A stretch of 64,000 bases of DNA from a virus (taxonomy: Duplodnaviria > Heunggongvirae > Uroviricota > Caudoviricetes). The position numbers and the translations under genes were made by a program. The notes beneath the pieces were generated by a model. That model was given only the letters and a program-made list of their open reading frames with translations. It was not told the origin of the DNA and ran no database searches. This document shows positions 1-10,108 of this stretch, piece by piece (within the stretch, counting starts at the first letter, position 1; the number at the start of each line of letters is the position of its first letter). The stretch is taken from the IMG/VR virus record IMGVR_UViG_3300034283_001314; one strand, written 5' to 3'.

Positions 1-2
1 CA

Positions 3-1940
3 AGTGCGGTAGCTATATTTGCAACAACTGGTTCAAATACATTTAATGGTTCTCAAATTATAAGTGGTAATGTAGATATTACAGGAACAATTACCGCATT
101 TGAAATTCATACAATATACCAAAGTTCCTCAGTAATATTCAGTAGTGGTTCTCAAACTTTCGGTGATCAACAAAGTGATAAAGTAAGTATTACAGGTTCA
201 TTAGAAGTAACTGGTTCAACTAACTTTACAGAATTAAGTGGTAGTTTAGCAACATACTCGCAATCAGTAGATAGTAGGATTAGTGCAAGTAATGCTATAA
301 CAAATTTATATAGTAGCAGTTTTTATACCACAATTAATAATGCAACTCAAAGTATATTAATAAATTCTCAAAGTGCATGGGGAGCATTCCAAAGTGCATC
401 TTCGTATAGTGCAAGTTTACAAAGTTCAATATTAATAGTAAGTGAAAGTGCATGGGGAGCATTTCAAAGTGCATCTTCGTATAGTTCTTCGTTTAGTTCA
501 TCTTTAAGTGCAACTAGTGGAGCATTACAAACTTCAATTTTAAATATAAGTACATCCGTTTCCAATCTAAGTATTGCAGCGGGAGCAAACACTTCAACAA
601 ATAATACATTTACAGGATATAATACATTTACACAATATATAACTGGTTCTATAAGTGGTGCAGTGGATGGTATAGATGTAAGAGATATATCTTCATCATT
701 TAATAGTAGAATTAGTATAAGTGTAGCTAATGTAACAGAATTAAGTGCATCTATATATCAAACAGATGCAACACAATCTACTAATATTTCTATAAACTCC
801 GCAAGTGCATGGGGAGCATTCCAAAGTGCATCTTCGTATAGTAGTTCATTTGCAACATCTATTAGTGAAAGTAATGCAGCAAGAATTGATTTAAGTTCAA
901 GTATAGCAACAACTGATACAAACCAACAATTACAGATAACTTCTTTAATCACAAATTATGTATCAGCTTCAGTAGTAACATCATTATCAACATCAGTAGA
1001 TAGTAGATTAGATTCATTGGAATTTAACGATACAACATATGCAACAACCGGTTCAAATACATTTAAAGCAAACCAAATTATTAGTGGTTCATTAAATGTA
1101 ACAAATGATATTACAGCAAGTGGAAATTTATTTGTTAGTGGAACTATATACGCAACTGAATTACATACAATCATACAAAGTTCATCTGTAATATTTAGTA
1201 GTGGTTCAAACCAAATTGGAGATCAACAAAGTGATATACTGACTATAACAGGTTCATTAAATCAAACTGGTTCAACTTCGTTTAGTGAGTTAAGTGGTAG
1301 TTTATTTGCATTTAGTGCATCATTAAATAGTAGATTTGGTAATATTGGTACTGATGTAAATACATTAAGTGCATCTATATATCAAACAGATGCAACACAA
1401 TCTACTAATATTTCTATAAACTCCGCAAGTGCATGGGGAGCATTCCAAAGTGCATCTTCGTATAGTGCAAGTGCGGCAACGGTAGCAATTACAAATGCAA
1501 ATTCAGCAGCAGGTGCTTTAGCAAGTGCTTCGGCATACTCTGCAAGTGCAGTAACAACTTATGCTAAATTAGCGGTAGCAAATACATTTACACAAAACCA
1601 AATCATAAGTGGTTCGTTAAATGTAACCGGAGATGTAGTAGCATACTCAACATCGGATGAAAGATTAAAAGATAACATTCAATTAATTTCTAATCCAATC
1701 CACAAAGTACAACAATTAAGAGGTGTCGAATTTGATTGGAATGATAAATCTATATTTAAAGCAGGTAAACATGATTATGGTGTGATAGCTCAAGATGTTG
1801 AAAAAGTATTGCCTGAGTTAGTAAAAGAATCATCTACTGGTTATTTAGGTGTTGATTATGATAAGATTATAGGTTTATTAATTGAAGTTGCAAAAGAACA
1901 AGAAAAACGAATAAAAGATTTAGAAAATAAGATAGTTTAG
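3..1940 (+). CDS. Tail fibre (5'-truncated), Ser/Thr/Ala-rich repeats, C-terminal peptidase S74 intramolecular chaperone
   Basis: Frame is open from position 3, so the 663 GTG is internal. Repeats SAWGAFQSASSYS. C-terminus SDERLKDNI...YGVIAQDVEKVLPELV...VDYDKIIGLLIE is the S74 signature. Confidence 0.85.
   Translation, partial: SAVAIFATTGSNTFNGSQIISGNVDITGTITAFEIHTIYQSSSVIFSSGSQTFGDQQSDKVSITGSLEVTGSTNFTELSGSLATYSQSVDSRISASNAITNLYSSSFYTTINNATQSILINSQSAWGAFQSASSYSASLQSSILIVSESAWGAFQSASSYSSSFSSSLSATSGALQTSILNISTSVSNLSIAAGANTSTNNTFTGYNTFTQYITGSISGAVDGIDVRDISSSFNSRISISVANVTELSASIYQTDATQSTNISINSASAWGAFQSASSYSSSFATSISESNAARIDLSSSIATTDTNQQLQITSLITNYVSASVVTSLSTSVDSRLDSLEFNDTTYATTGSNTFKANQIISGSLNVTNDITASGNLFVSGTIYATELHTIIQSSSVIFSSGSNQIGDQQSDILTITGSLNQTGSTSFSELSGSLFAFSASLNSRFGNIGTDVNTLSASIYQTDATQSTNISINSASAWGAFQSASSYSASAATVAITNANSAAGALASASAYSASAVTTYAKLAVANTFTQNQIISGSLNVTGDVVAYSTSDERLKDNIQLISNPIHKVQQLRGVEFDWNDKSIFKAGKHDYGVIAQDVEKVLPELVKESSTGYLGVDYDKIIGLLIEVAKEQEKRIKDLENKIV
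740..1466 (+). repeat. Exact 103-bp direct repeat (740-842 = 1364-1466) in the fibre gene; shorter 40-bp core also at ~371 and ~446
   Basis: Direct comparison of attaagtgcatctatatatcaaacagatgc...tcttcgtatagt at both sites. Confidence 0.9.
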
Positions 1941-1997
1941 TATTAAGATTTATATATTTATAGACTAATAACAAACTAAAAAAAAGAGTAAACTCAA

Positions 1998-3704
1998 ATG
2001 GGACTTAAATTTAGACGTGGTACGACCGCACAACAATCAGGTTCGTTAGCATTCGGTGAACCATATGTAAACACTACATTGGGAACATTAGTAATTGGTG
2101 GAGCAACAGGTGATATCGTTTTATCATCAACTGGTACAGGAAGTACTGGAACATTCGGAGCTATTTCAGGTTCTGGATTAGATATCACAGGTAACGCAAA
2201 TATTGCGGGTAATTTAACTTTAGGTGGACAATTAACAATCGGTGATAATACATCCGATACAGTTAATGTAGTTGCATCATTAAGTTCATCACTTATTCCA
2301 TCTGTGGATAACGTATTTGATTTGGGTTCTCAAACTAAAATTTGGAGAGACCTTTATATTTCAACTGGTTCAATTAATGTTGTTGCAGCCGGTGCAATAT
2401 TATCATCTATTACAACAAATGCAGATGGTTCTCAAACTTTCCCTAATGGTTTATACTCTCAGGCAAATATAATAATTGGTAGTGGTTCTTATGTTAATAT
2501 AGGTAAATTCGAAATTGGTAGAAGAGGAGATACTCCTGATAATAATACTGTTTTAGGTATTGATGTAATGCCTGATTTAACAACTGGTGAATTTAATACT
2601 GGTATTGGTAGAGGTACATTATATAATTTAACAACCGGTGGTAATAATATTGCAATGGGTGACCAAGCAGGTTATTCAATGGTAAATGGTGTAGGAAATA
2701 TCACAATCGGTAAAAGTGCAGCATTTACTTTAGCAGACCCAGGTGGTGTGAATGGACAACCTGTATCAAATACATTCGTAGGTGATGGTGTAGGAGGTTA
2801 TGTAAATAGTGGATTTTATACAACAGCAATTGGTGGTAATGCATTAAAAGGTAAAAGTGATGAAACGGATAGATTTATTAAAAATACAGCAATTGGATAC
2901 GGTGCAGGTAGTTATCTAACCGGTATCGCAACGAATAACTTATATTTGGGTGCAAATGCAGGACCTTCTTCATATACGAATGAAAGTTATAAATTTTATG
3001 TTTCAAATGGTGAAGTGGGTGATCAACCATTTATGTATGGTGATATGACAAATAGTAGCAGAACATTGGATATCAATGCATCTACAACTATATCTGGTTC
3101 ATTAAGTGTTTCAACCTTAACCGGAATTGGTAATGTAACAACATATTCAACATCAGTAGATAGTAGAATTGTAACCAACTTAAATTCTGCAGCTGGTGCT
3201 TTTGCAAGTGCTTCAGCATATAGTGCAAGTGCAGCAACTTCATTTAGTGCAAGTTTAGCTTCTCAAACAGCATTATCTGCAAGTGCATTTACATCTTATG
3301 CTAAATTAGCAGGAGCAAATACATTTACAGCTAATCAAATCGTAAGTGGTTCTATCACAGCAACTGGTGATGTAGTAGCATATTCAACTTCAGATAAAAG
3401 ACATAAGAACAACATTGTAAATATTACAGATGCATTAGCAAAAGTAACTAAATTAAATGGTGTAACTTGGGAATGGAATGATGATGTTGATACAGCAACT
3501 AAAGAAACACCTAAGACTGGTTTAATTGCACAAGAAGTACAAGAAGTTTTACCAGAAGTGGTGAAAGAAAGAGGAGATGGTTTCTTAGCATTAGATTATT
3601 CTAAAACAATAGGTTTATTGGTAGAAGCAATCAAAGAACAACAAACACAAATACATTCTTTAACTTTAGAAATCGAAAAATTAAAGAAGAATAATAGCTT
3701 ATAA
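1998..3704 (+). CDS. Tail fibre with Gly/Asn beta-roll-like repeats and C-terminal peptidase S74 chaperone
   Basis: N-terminal LKFRRGT..GSLAFGEP; NTAIG/NIAMG repeats; SDKRHKNNI...GLIAQEVQEVLPEVV...LDYSKTIGLLVEAIKE. Confidence 0.85.
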   Translation: MGLKFRRGTTAQQSGSLAFGEPYVNTTLGTLVIGGATGDIVLSSTGTGSTGTFGAISGSGLDITGNANIAGNLTLGGQLTIGDNTSDTVNVVASLSSSLIPSVDNVFDLGSQTKIWRDLYISTGSINVVAAGAILSSITTNADGSQTFPNGLYSQANIIIGSGSYVNIGKFEIGRRGDTPDNNTVLGIDVMPDLTTGEFNTGIGRGTLYNLTTGGNNIAMGDQAGYSMVNGVGNITIGKSAAFTLADPGGVNGQPVSNTFVGDGVGGYVNSGFYTTAIGGNALKGKSDETDRFIKNTAIGYGAGSYLTGIATNNLYLGANAGPSSYTNESYKFYVSNGEVGDQPFMYGDMTNSSRTLDINASTTISGSLSVSTLTGIGNVTTYSTSVDSRIVTNLNSAAGAFASASAYSASAATSFSASLASQTALSASAFTSYAKLAGANTFTANQIVSGSITATGDVVAYSTSDKRHKNNIVNITDALAKVTKLNGVTWEWNDDVDTATKETPKTGLIAQEVQEVLPEVVKERGDGFLALDYSKTIGLLVEAIKEQQTQIHSLTLEIEKLKKNNSL

Positions 3705-3706
3705 GA

Positions 3707-4711
3707 ATGTATGATGTATATTATACAACAGGTTTCGGAAATAAAGTAGGTGCTGGTAGTGATGTTTGGGTGAACAATTTTGTAGAATATGTTGTTCCTC
3801 ATTTAAAAGTAAAACCTATCCTACTTATACATAGAAAAAGACCAGATGATTTTGAGGGGGACAAGTTCCCCCTTGAAATTTATTGGCAAGTGGATGATAA
3901 AGATAAGTTCGATGAACTTATAAATAGTGCTCGGCGAATACACATACTACACGGACACTATTACCCTAACTCAGCAATCCTAAACAATTTGGACAAGATA
4001 GAGAGTTATGTAATGCATAATTCAATAGATATGTCTCTCAAAGCTGGCTTATTTTCAGATGCACCTGGTATGCAACACTATGGTACAGATCCGGAATGGG
4101 AACTGAATATTATAGAAAAAGCTAAAAAGAGAATATGGATTGGATTATTTCAAACTCCTACTCACGCAAAATATGAGTTCATAGATATTCCAAATTATTA
4201 TGATTTTCAACATAATTTAGAATTAAATGATAGTACAAAGGTAGGTTTTGCATCTAGAACGGAAACAAGAAAGAGAGTGTGGTATTTAGAAAACATAGAT
4301 TGTTATTTATTTACAACATTAAAAGTTTTAAATAATATATGGGAGAAGGGATATGGGGTGAATTTCAAAAGAGCTAAACGATATATGTTTGATTATAGTA
4401 AATTAGATTGGTTTTATCGTTTAGAATGGGGGATTTCACATAGTTGTTTTAATTATGAACCATTTGGATATTCAATATTTCAAGCGGTTGATTATGGAAA
4501 ACTACCTATATTGAGTAAAGATTGGTTAAAAGATTTTAGTTATCCATTTAGAGCAGAAAGTAAAACAGAGTTTGAAGGAACGGTGCAGTGGATTAAAAAT
4601 AGTGATTACGAATATAAAAAACATTGGTTCAATAAATTAAAAGAAAAAATGTTAGAGTATTCAAATAAAGATAAATGGGTTAATAGTTTATTAGATATTT
4701 ATAATAGTTAA
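3707..4711 (+). CDS. Putative GT-B (GT4-like) glycosyltransferase
   Basis: N-terminal GAGSDVWV and C-terminal YEPFGYSIFQAVDYGKLPILS resemble GT4 motifs. Confidence 0.6.
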   Translation: MYDVYYTTGFGNKVGAGSDVWVNNFVEYVVPHLKVKPILLIHRKRPDDFEGDKFPLEIYWQVDDKDKFDELINSARRIHILHGHYYPNSAILNNLDKIESYVMHNSIDMSLKAGLFSDAPGMQHYGTDPEWELNIIEKAKKRIWIGLFQTPTHAKYEFIDIPNYYDFQHNLELNDSTKVGFASRTETRKRVWYLENIDCYLFTTLKVLNNIWEKGYGVNFKRAKRYMFDYSKLDWFYRLEWGISHSCFNYEPFGYSIFQAVDYGKLPILSKDWLKDFSYPFRAESKTEFEGTVQWIKNSDYEYKKHWFNKLKEKMLEYSNKDKWVNSLLDIYNS

Positions 4712-4732
4712 AGAAAATAAAAAGGAAATAAT

Positions 4733-6418
4733 ATGCCAAAATCAAATTTAAGTTTAAGTAACTTATACAGATCGTGGAGTGGAACCGGTAGAACTTCACA
4801 ATCATCATCATTAAACGCGGCAAATGGAATGGCGGGTACGCCGGTATCTATGAGTTCATTCTCAATAGATGGTGTAACGGCAACACTACCATTTACATAT
4901 ATTGTAGAAAACACATCCGAAAATGTAACATTTGCATTTACAGGAGCAGGTTTAGCATTTAACAATAGAGTTAGAACACAAGGTAATAACTATCAGTTTT
5001 TGCTAGATTTTAATATGACACAATATGATTTTGAGGTTGGTACACGTGGTCAAACAACTGCTATTAATGCATTGAATTTGGCAAATTCACCATCTTACAC
5101 AGGTAGTGCTAATGGAAACCGATTAAGTGTATATTTTGAAGATGGTTACAACTCAGGTTCAACTGGAAACTATGGGTTTGAAAATAGAGCAGAAAAACAG
5201 ATATATAGAGTAGATAGTTATAACTCTATTAACTCCGATATTTTATGTGTTGCAACTGATACTCAAATTTTATTAGCAGATGGAACATCAGTTGAAGCTG
5301 GTGATTTATATGTTGGTGATAGTATTAAAACATTTGTACCAGAAGGAATGCCATCATGGTTACCTGAAAACGATTTGGGTGAATGGTATTGGTGGTATCA
5401 TACATCAGCTAGTGCTGGTGAAGTAGTAGATGCACAAGTTAGTAATATCTATTTCTCATTTATTGATCAATATGTATCAATTAATGATGGTGCAATTAAA
5501 ACAACACACGCTCATCCTTTCTATGCTTGGGATGCAATTACAAATACATACCAATTTACAAGAGCAGAGGATGTAGCAGAAGGTGATAAATTAATTAAAT
5601 ATAATAATCTAACTGGATTAATTGAAGAAATCGATGTTATAAATGTTGAATTCCATAATAGAAATTTAGAAATTGCAACAATTACCGTAGATGTAGCACA
5701 TACTTTCTTAGCAAACGGATTTGTTTCACATAATAAAGGAGCAGCAAGTGCACCAATCCCATGGCAAAATTTAACATGTTATTTAGATCCACAATTCGCA
5801 AATTCATACAACGTATCAGGTCAAAGAGATTTAAATGATTTAAGTGGAAATACAACTGGTTTTAACCTACTTGGTGGTAATTCAAATCCCGCAAAGGTAG
5901 CACCTGTATTTAATACATCAACTCCAAAATCATTAACATTTGCAGCTAATAAATTAGGTGTTAAACAACCTGGAAACCCAACCGGTACTAATCATACATT
6001 GTTTAACTCAACAACTGCAAATGGATATACTATTATTGCATTTGTAAAAAATAGTGCTGGTACTTTTTTTAGAAGAGATCCAGACTTTTTATTTGGTACC
6101 GCAACCGAGGGTGGTTTAGTAGCCTTCTGGCATACAACTGCAAATATAATTATAAATGTAGGATCACAAACTACTAGTGGTTGGAGAATGTATGCAGTAA
6201 CAACAGGAGCAGGTACAACTAAAATATATAATAATAATGTAGAGATATATACGGCATCAGATGCTAAAGCTACTCACGCTAACACTTCAACGGGTGATAT
6301 AGAATTAATGAATGGTAACACTGGTGAATTAGGTTCATTCTTCTTCTATCAAAGAGCATTGAGTGCAACTGAAATTGGAGTAATTTGGAATAACTTAAAA
6401 GGTAGATACGGATTATAA
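4733..6418 (+). CDS. Virion-associated protein with internal Hint (intein-like) domain and C-terminal LamG/ConA-like domain
   Basis: C172-VATDTQILLADG...THAHPF...HTFLANGFVSH-N334; C-terminal YLDP..SY...WRMYAVT...FFFYQRALSATEI is LamG-like. Confidence 0.75.
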   Translation: MPKSNLSLSNLYRSWSGTGRTSQSSSLNAANGMAGTPVSMSSFSIDGVTATLPFTYIVENTSENVTFAFTGAGLAFNNRVRTQGNNYQFLLDFNMTQYDFEVGTRGQTTAINALNLANSPSYTGSANGNRLSVYFEDGYNSGSTGNYGFENRAEKQIYRVDSYNSINSDILCVATDTQILLADGTSVEAGDLYVGDSIKTFVPEGMPSWLPENDLGEWYWWYHTSASAGEVVDAQVSNIYFSFIDQYVSINDGAIKTTHAHPFYAWDAITNTYQFTRAEDVAEGDKLIKYNNLTGLIEEIDVINVEFHNRNLEIATITVDVAHTFLANGFVSHNKGAASAPIPWQNLTCYLDPQFANSYNVSGQRDLNDLSGNTTGFNLLGGNSNPAKVAPVFNTSTPKSLTFAANKLGVKQPGNPTGTNHTLFNSTTANGYTIIAFVKNSAGTFFRRDPDFLFGTATEGGLVAFWHTTANIIINVGSQTTSGWRMYAVTTGAGTTKIYNNNVEIYTASDAKATHANTSTGDIELMNGNTGELGSFFFYQRALSATEIGVIWNNLKGRYGL

Positions 6419-6472
6419 TATCGTTTGAGTAAAAAAATATATATTTATATATAGAACAAATAAATAAAGATT

Positions 6473-6721
6473 ATGGCAAAAATTAAAGATGAGCAGTTAC
6501 AAAAAATGAACGAATTGAGAGGGAAATATAATGAGCTAGTGTTTATTATAGGACAAAATCAAATCAGACAAAAAGAGTTAAAATTAGAAGAAGAAAGTAT
6601 GTATGTTGAATTAGAAAAACTAAATTCAGAAGAACAACTATTTTTCGCTGATTTACAAAAAGAATACGGTGATGGTAATCTAGACACAACAACTGGAGAA
6701 TTTACACCTAAAGAACAATAA
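6473..6721 (+). CDS. Small coiled-coil protein
   Basis: ORF track; heptad-rich; ends in KEYGDGNLDTTTGEF. Confidence 0.6.
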   Translation: MAKIKDEQLQKMNELRGKYNELVFIIGQNQIRQKELKLEEESMYVELEKLNSEEQLFFADLQKEYGDGNLDTTTGEFTPKEQ

Positions 6722-6796
6722 TAATATATTTTTACAACAATGTTTGTATATTTATATTAGAATATTATAACATAATTTATAAGGAGAAACAATAAA

Positions 6797-9052
6797 ATGG
6801 CTGAAAAATTAGTATCACCTGGTGTGTTTACAAGAGAAAACGATTTATCATTCATAGCACAAGGAGTTGGAGCTATTGGTGGAGCAATCGTAGGACCTTT
6901 CAAACAAGGACCAGCGTTTAAACCAACAATCATCACATCACCTTCAGAGTTAGAAGACATCTTTGGTGCAGCTGATGGTACATATTACACAGAATTAACC
7001 GCTCAAAACTATTTAAGAGAGACTGGTTTAGTAACTATTTGTAGAGTAGCAGGTATCGGTGGTTATACTGAAACAGCTCCTATTATATTAACAGCAACAA
7101 GTGGTGCAGTATCTGCATCAATTGGTATTGTATTTAATGCAAGTAGTGCTTCTAATGCAGGATTTACCGGAACAGTATTAACAACAAATACTAGTGGTGA
7201 TTTCTTCATTTCAGGTTCAATTATCGGACAATATAGTGCATCAGTTGATCCAGCGGATAATATGGATATAGAAGATGTATTCGGAACATCACCATTCGGT
7301 TCTAAAAAAGCATATGTATATGGTTTATTTAAGAATCATGGTATTACATTTGATGCAAATACAACTGTAACAGCATCAGTAATTGCAAATCAAGACTTTA
7401 CAAATGATGCAACTTACGCTTCTACACCATGGATTCAATCTCAATTGATTGGTGATAGTAGATTTAATTTAGTTAAGTTTCATACTTTAGCTGATGGTAA
7501 TGTAGAAAATACAAGATTTAAAATTACAATTAGTAATGTTAAAGCAGCTGGTGATATCAATGGTTCTGATTTCGGAACATTCACCGTAGTTGTAAGAGAT
7601 TTTAACGATACAGATAAAAGAAAAACAATTTTAGAGCAATTTAATAATGTAAATTTAGATCCATCATCAACTAATTTTATTGGTAGAGTAATCGGTGATA
7701 GTTATACAACAATTGCATCTGATGGAAAGGTAACACAATTAGGTGATTGGGCAAATAAATCTAAATATGTAAGAGTAGAAGTTGATGGAGCAGCTCCAAT
7801 TGTAGCAGTTCCATTCGGACATGATGCTTATACATTACCAATTGCAACAACAAGTACAATTTCTAATAGAATTCCAGCAGTTACTTATACAACAGCTTCA
7901 TTGAGTTCTTCAGTATATGCAAGTGGTATTGATTTAGAAGGAAATACTGATAATAGTATTTATTTAAAACCATTACCTGAAAGTGCTTTGACTGGTGCAA
8001 ATGTTGCATTCGGTTTAGATTCACAAGTTGGTTTATCATTAACATCTTTAGCAAGTGCAGCTCAAATTTCTTATAGAACATTTACGGTAGCATTTCAAGG
8101 TGGATTTGATGGTATGAGTGCAGCAACACCAATTTATAAAGGTGCAGATATTAGTTCAACAAATGTTCAAGGATTTAACTTATCAACTTCTGCAGCAAGT
8201 GGTTCAATAGCATACAAAAAATGTTTAGATGCATTATCAAACACAGATGAGTATGATATTAACTTATTAGTATTACCGGGTGTTAATCATAACAATCACT
8301 CAGCGATAACACAATACGCAATGGATATTTGTGAAAATAGAGCAGATACTTTTTATATTATGGATCCTGCAGGACAAGAAGCATCAATTGGTGATGTAAC
8401 AGCAGTTGCAGAATCATTAGATACTAACTATGCAGCAGTTTACTATCCTTGGTTAAAAACAATCGATACTAATACTGGTAGATTAATTACAGTTCCACCT
8501 TCAGTTTTATTACCTAGAGTTTATGCAGCAAATGATGCAACAGCAGCAGAGTGGTTCGCACCAGCTGGTTTGAATAGAGGTGGTGTAATTGGTGCAGCAG
8601 CTGTATTAAATAGATTAACACACGCTGAAAGAGATGAATTATACGAAGCAAAAGTAAATCCAATCGCACAATTTCCTGGACAAGGTATTAGTGCATTCGG
8701 ACAAAAAACTTTACAGAGTAGACCATCTGCATTAGATAGAATCAACGTAAGAAGATTGTTAATCACAGTTAAGAAGTTTATCGCATCTACATCTCGTTTC
8801 TTAATATTTGAACAAAATACTACTGATACAAGAAATAGCTTCTTAAACACAGTTAACCCTTATTTAGAATCTATTCAACAAAGACAAGGTTTATACGCTT
8901 TCAGAGTTGTAATGGATGATACAAACAACACTCCAGATGTAATTGATAGAAACATATTAAAAGGTGCTATCTTCTTACAACCAACTAAAACTGCAGAATT
9001 CATTCAAATTGATTTCAATGTTTTACCAACTGGGGCAAGTTTTAACGCATAA
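6797..9052 (+). CDS. Contractile tail sheath protein
   Basis: VSPGVFTRENDLS start; YYPW, WFAPAGLNRG, GQKTLQ..SALDRINVRRLL, FEQN, LQPTKTAEFI motifs. Confidence 0.95.
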   Translation: MAEKLVSPGVFTRENDLSFIAQGVGAIGGAIVGPFKQGPAFKPTIITSPSELEDIFGAADGTYYTELTAQNYLRETGLVTICRVAGIGGYTETAPIILTATSGAVSASIGIVFNASSASNAGFTGTVLTTNTSGDFFISGSIIGQYSASVDPADNMDIEDVFGTSPFGSKKAYVYGLFKNHGITFDANTTVTASVIANQDFTNDATYASTPWIQSQLIGDSRFNLVKFHTLADGNVENTRFKITISNVKAAGDINGSDFGTFTVVVRDFNDTDKRKTILEQFNNVNLDPSSTNFIGRVIGDSYTTIASDGKVTQLGDWANKSKYVRVEVDGAAPIVAVPFGHDAYTLPIATTSTISNRIPAVTYTTASLSSSVYASGIDLEGNTDNSIYLKPLPESALTGANVAFGLDSQVGLSLTSLASAAQISYRTFTVAFQGGFDGMSAATPIYKGADISSTNVQGFNLSTSAASGSIAYKKCLDALSNTDEYDINLLVLPGVNHNNHSAITQYAMDICENRADTFYIMDPAGQEASIGDVTAVAESLDTNYAAVYYPWLKTIDTNTGRLITVPPSVLLPRVYAANDATAAEWFAPAGLNRGGVIGAAAVLNRLTHAERDELYEAKVNPIAQFPGQGISAFGQKTLQSRPSALDRINVRRLLITVKKFIASTSRFLIFEQNTTDTRNSFLNTVNPYLESIQQRQGLYAFRVVMDDTNNTPDVIDRNILKGAIFLQPTKTAEFIQIDFNVLPTGASFNA

Positions 9053-9095
9053 TTAAAAAAAGATATACTTATAATAAGTAAAGGAGAAATAAACA

Positions 9096-9584
9096 ATGGC
9101 TGACGTATTATCATTTGATAAGATATTCTATACAAACTTTGAACCTAAGTTACAAAACCGTTTTATTATGGAAATCGATGGTATTCCATCTTTCATGGTA
9201 AAATCGGCAAACAGACCAAAGATTGAAAGTGAAGTAGTAGAATTAGATCATATCAACTTAAAGAGAAAAATTAAGGGTAAATCTAATTGGACTGACATTA
9301 CAATCACTATGTACGATCCAATTGTACCGAGTGGTGCACAATCAGTAATGGAGTGGATTAGAACATCACATGAATCTATTACTGGTAGAGATGGATACGC
9401 AGATTTCTATAAAAAGAATATTGATTTCTACGCTTTAGGACCTGTGGGTGATAAAGTTGAACAATGGAAATTAGTAGGTGCGTTTATTAGTAATGCAGAG
9501 TTTGGTGATTTTAACTGGAATACGAGTGATCCGGTAGAAATTACATTAACAATTACTTACGATTACGCAATCTTAGAATTCTAA
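9096..9584 (+). CDS. Tail tube protein (T4 gp19-like)
   Basis: Follows the sheath gene; EPKLQNRF, WTDITIT.YDP, VEQWKLVGAF, ITYDYA. Confidence 0.9.
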   Translation: MADVLSFDKIFYTNFEPKLQNRFIMEIDGIPSFMVKSANRPKIESEVVELDHINLKRKIKGKSNWTDITITMYDPIVPSGAQSVMEWIRTSHESITGRDGYADFYKKNIDFYALGPVGDKVEQWKLVGAFISNAEFGDFNWNTSDPVEITLTITYDYAILEF

Positions 9585-9606
9585 TCTAAAGAAAGATATA
9601 AAAAGA

Positions 9607-9636
9607 AAAGGGAGACATTATTTGTTTCCCTTTTTT
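9607..9636 (+). terminator. Intrinsic terminator after tail tube gene
   Basis: aaaagggagaca-ttatt-tgtttcccttttt. Confidence 0.8.
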
Positions 9637-9672
9637 ATTTTCATTATATTTATATATACAAATATATAAGTT

Positions 9673-10074
9673 ATGACATCAAAAGAATTCGTTATTTGGT
9701 TAAAAGGATTTACAGAAGGAGTGCATGAATTTAATATCACTCCAAAGCAATGGGATTTATTAAAAGAAAAATTAGCAGAAGTAAAGGATGATAGTACATT
9801 ATCATCATTTCCATTTGGAGTTCCAAATACTGCACCAATACAAACATTACCACATATTACACCAGCTCCAACAAATCCATATAGACCGTATGAAATTTAT
9901 TGTGGAGATACTAATGGTACAACAATTACAACAACACCTGGGAGTGGTTCTATAACAATAGCTAATCCACCATTTGGATTTGGAACAACATCAACTGCCT
10001 ATGGGTATCCTAGTGGTAGTACGTGGAGTTATACAACTACACAAACAGATGATGATTTAAAACCAAAAAAATAA
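9673..10074 (+). CDS. Hypothetical protein (Pro/Thr-rich C-terminus)
   Basis: ORF track; preceded by a TATTTATA motif. Confidence 0.6.
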   Translation: MTSKEFVIWLKGFTEGVHEFNITPKQWDLLKEKLAEVKDDSTLSSFPFGVPNTAPIQTLPHITPAPTNPYRPYEIYCGDTNGTTITTTPGSGSITIANPPFGFGTTSTAYGYPSGSTWSYTTTQTDDDLKPKK

Positions 10075-10108
10075 AAAATAAATAGTTATATAAAACAAAG
10101 AAGTTATT

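Noticed and set aside
371-1466. CRISPR array or DGR template/variable repeat
   Set aside because: Repeats are in-frame coding, irregularly spaced and lack adenine-specific differences; no cas or reverse transcriptase gene in the window.
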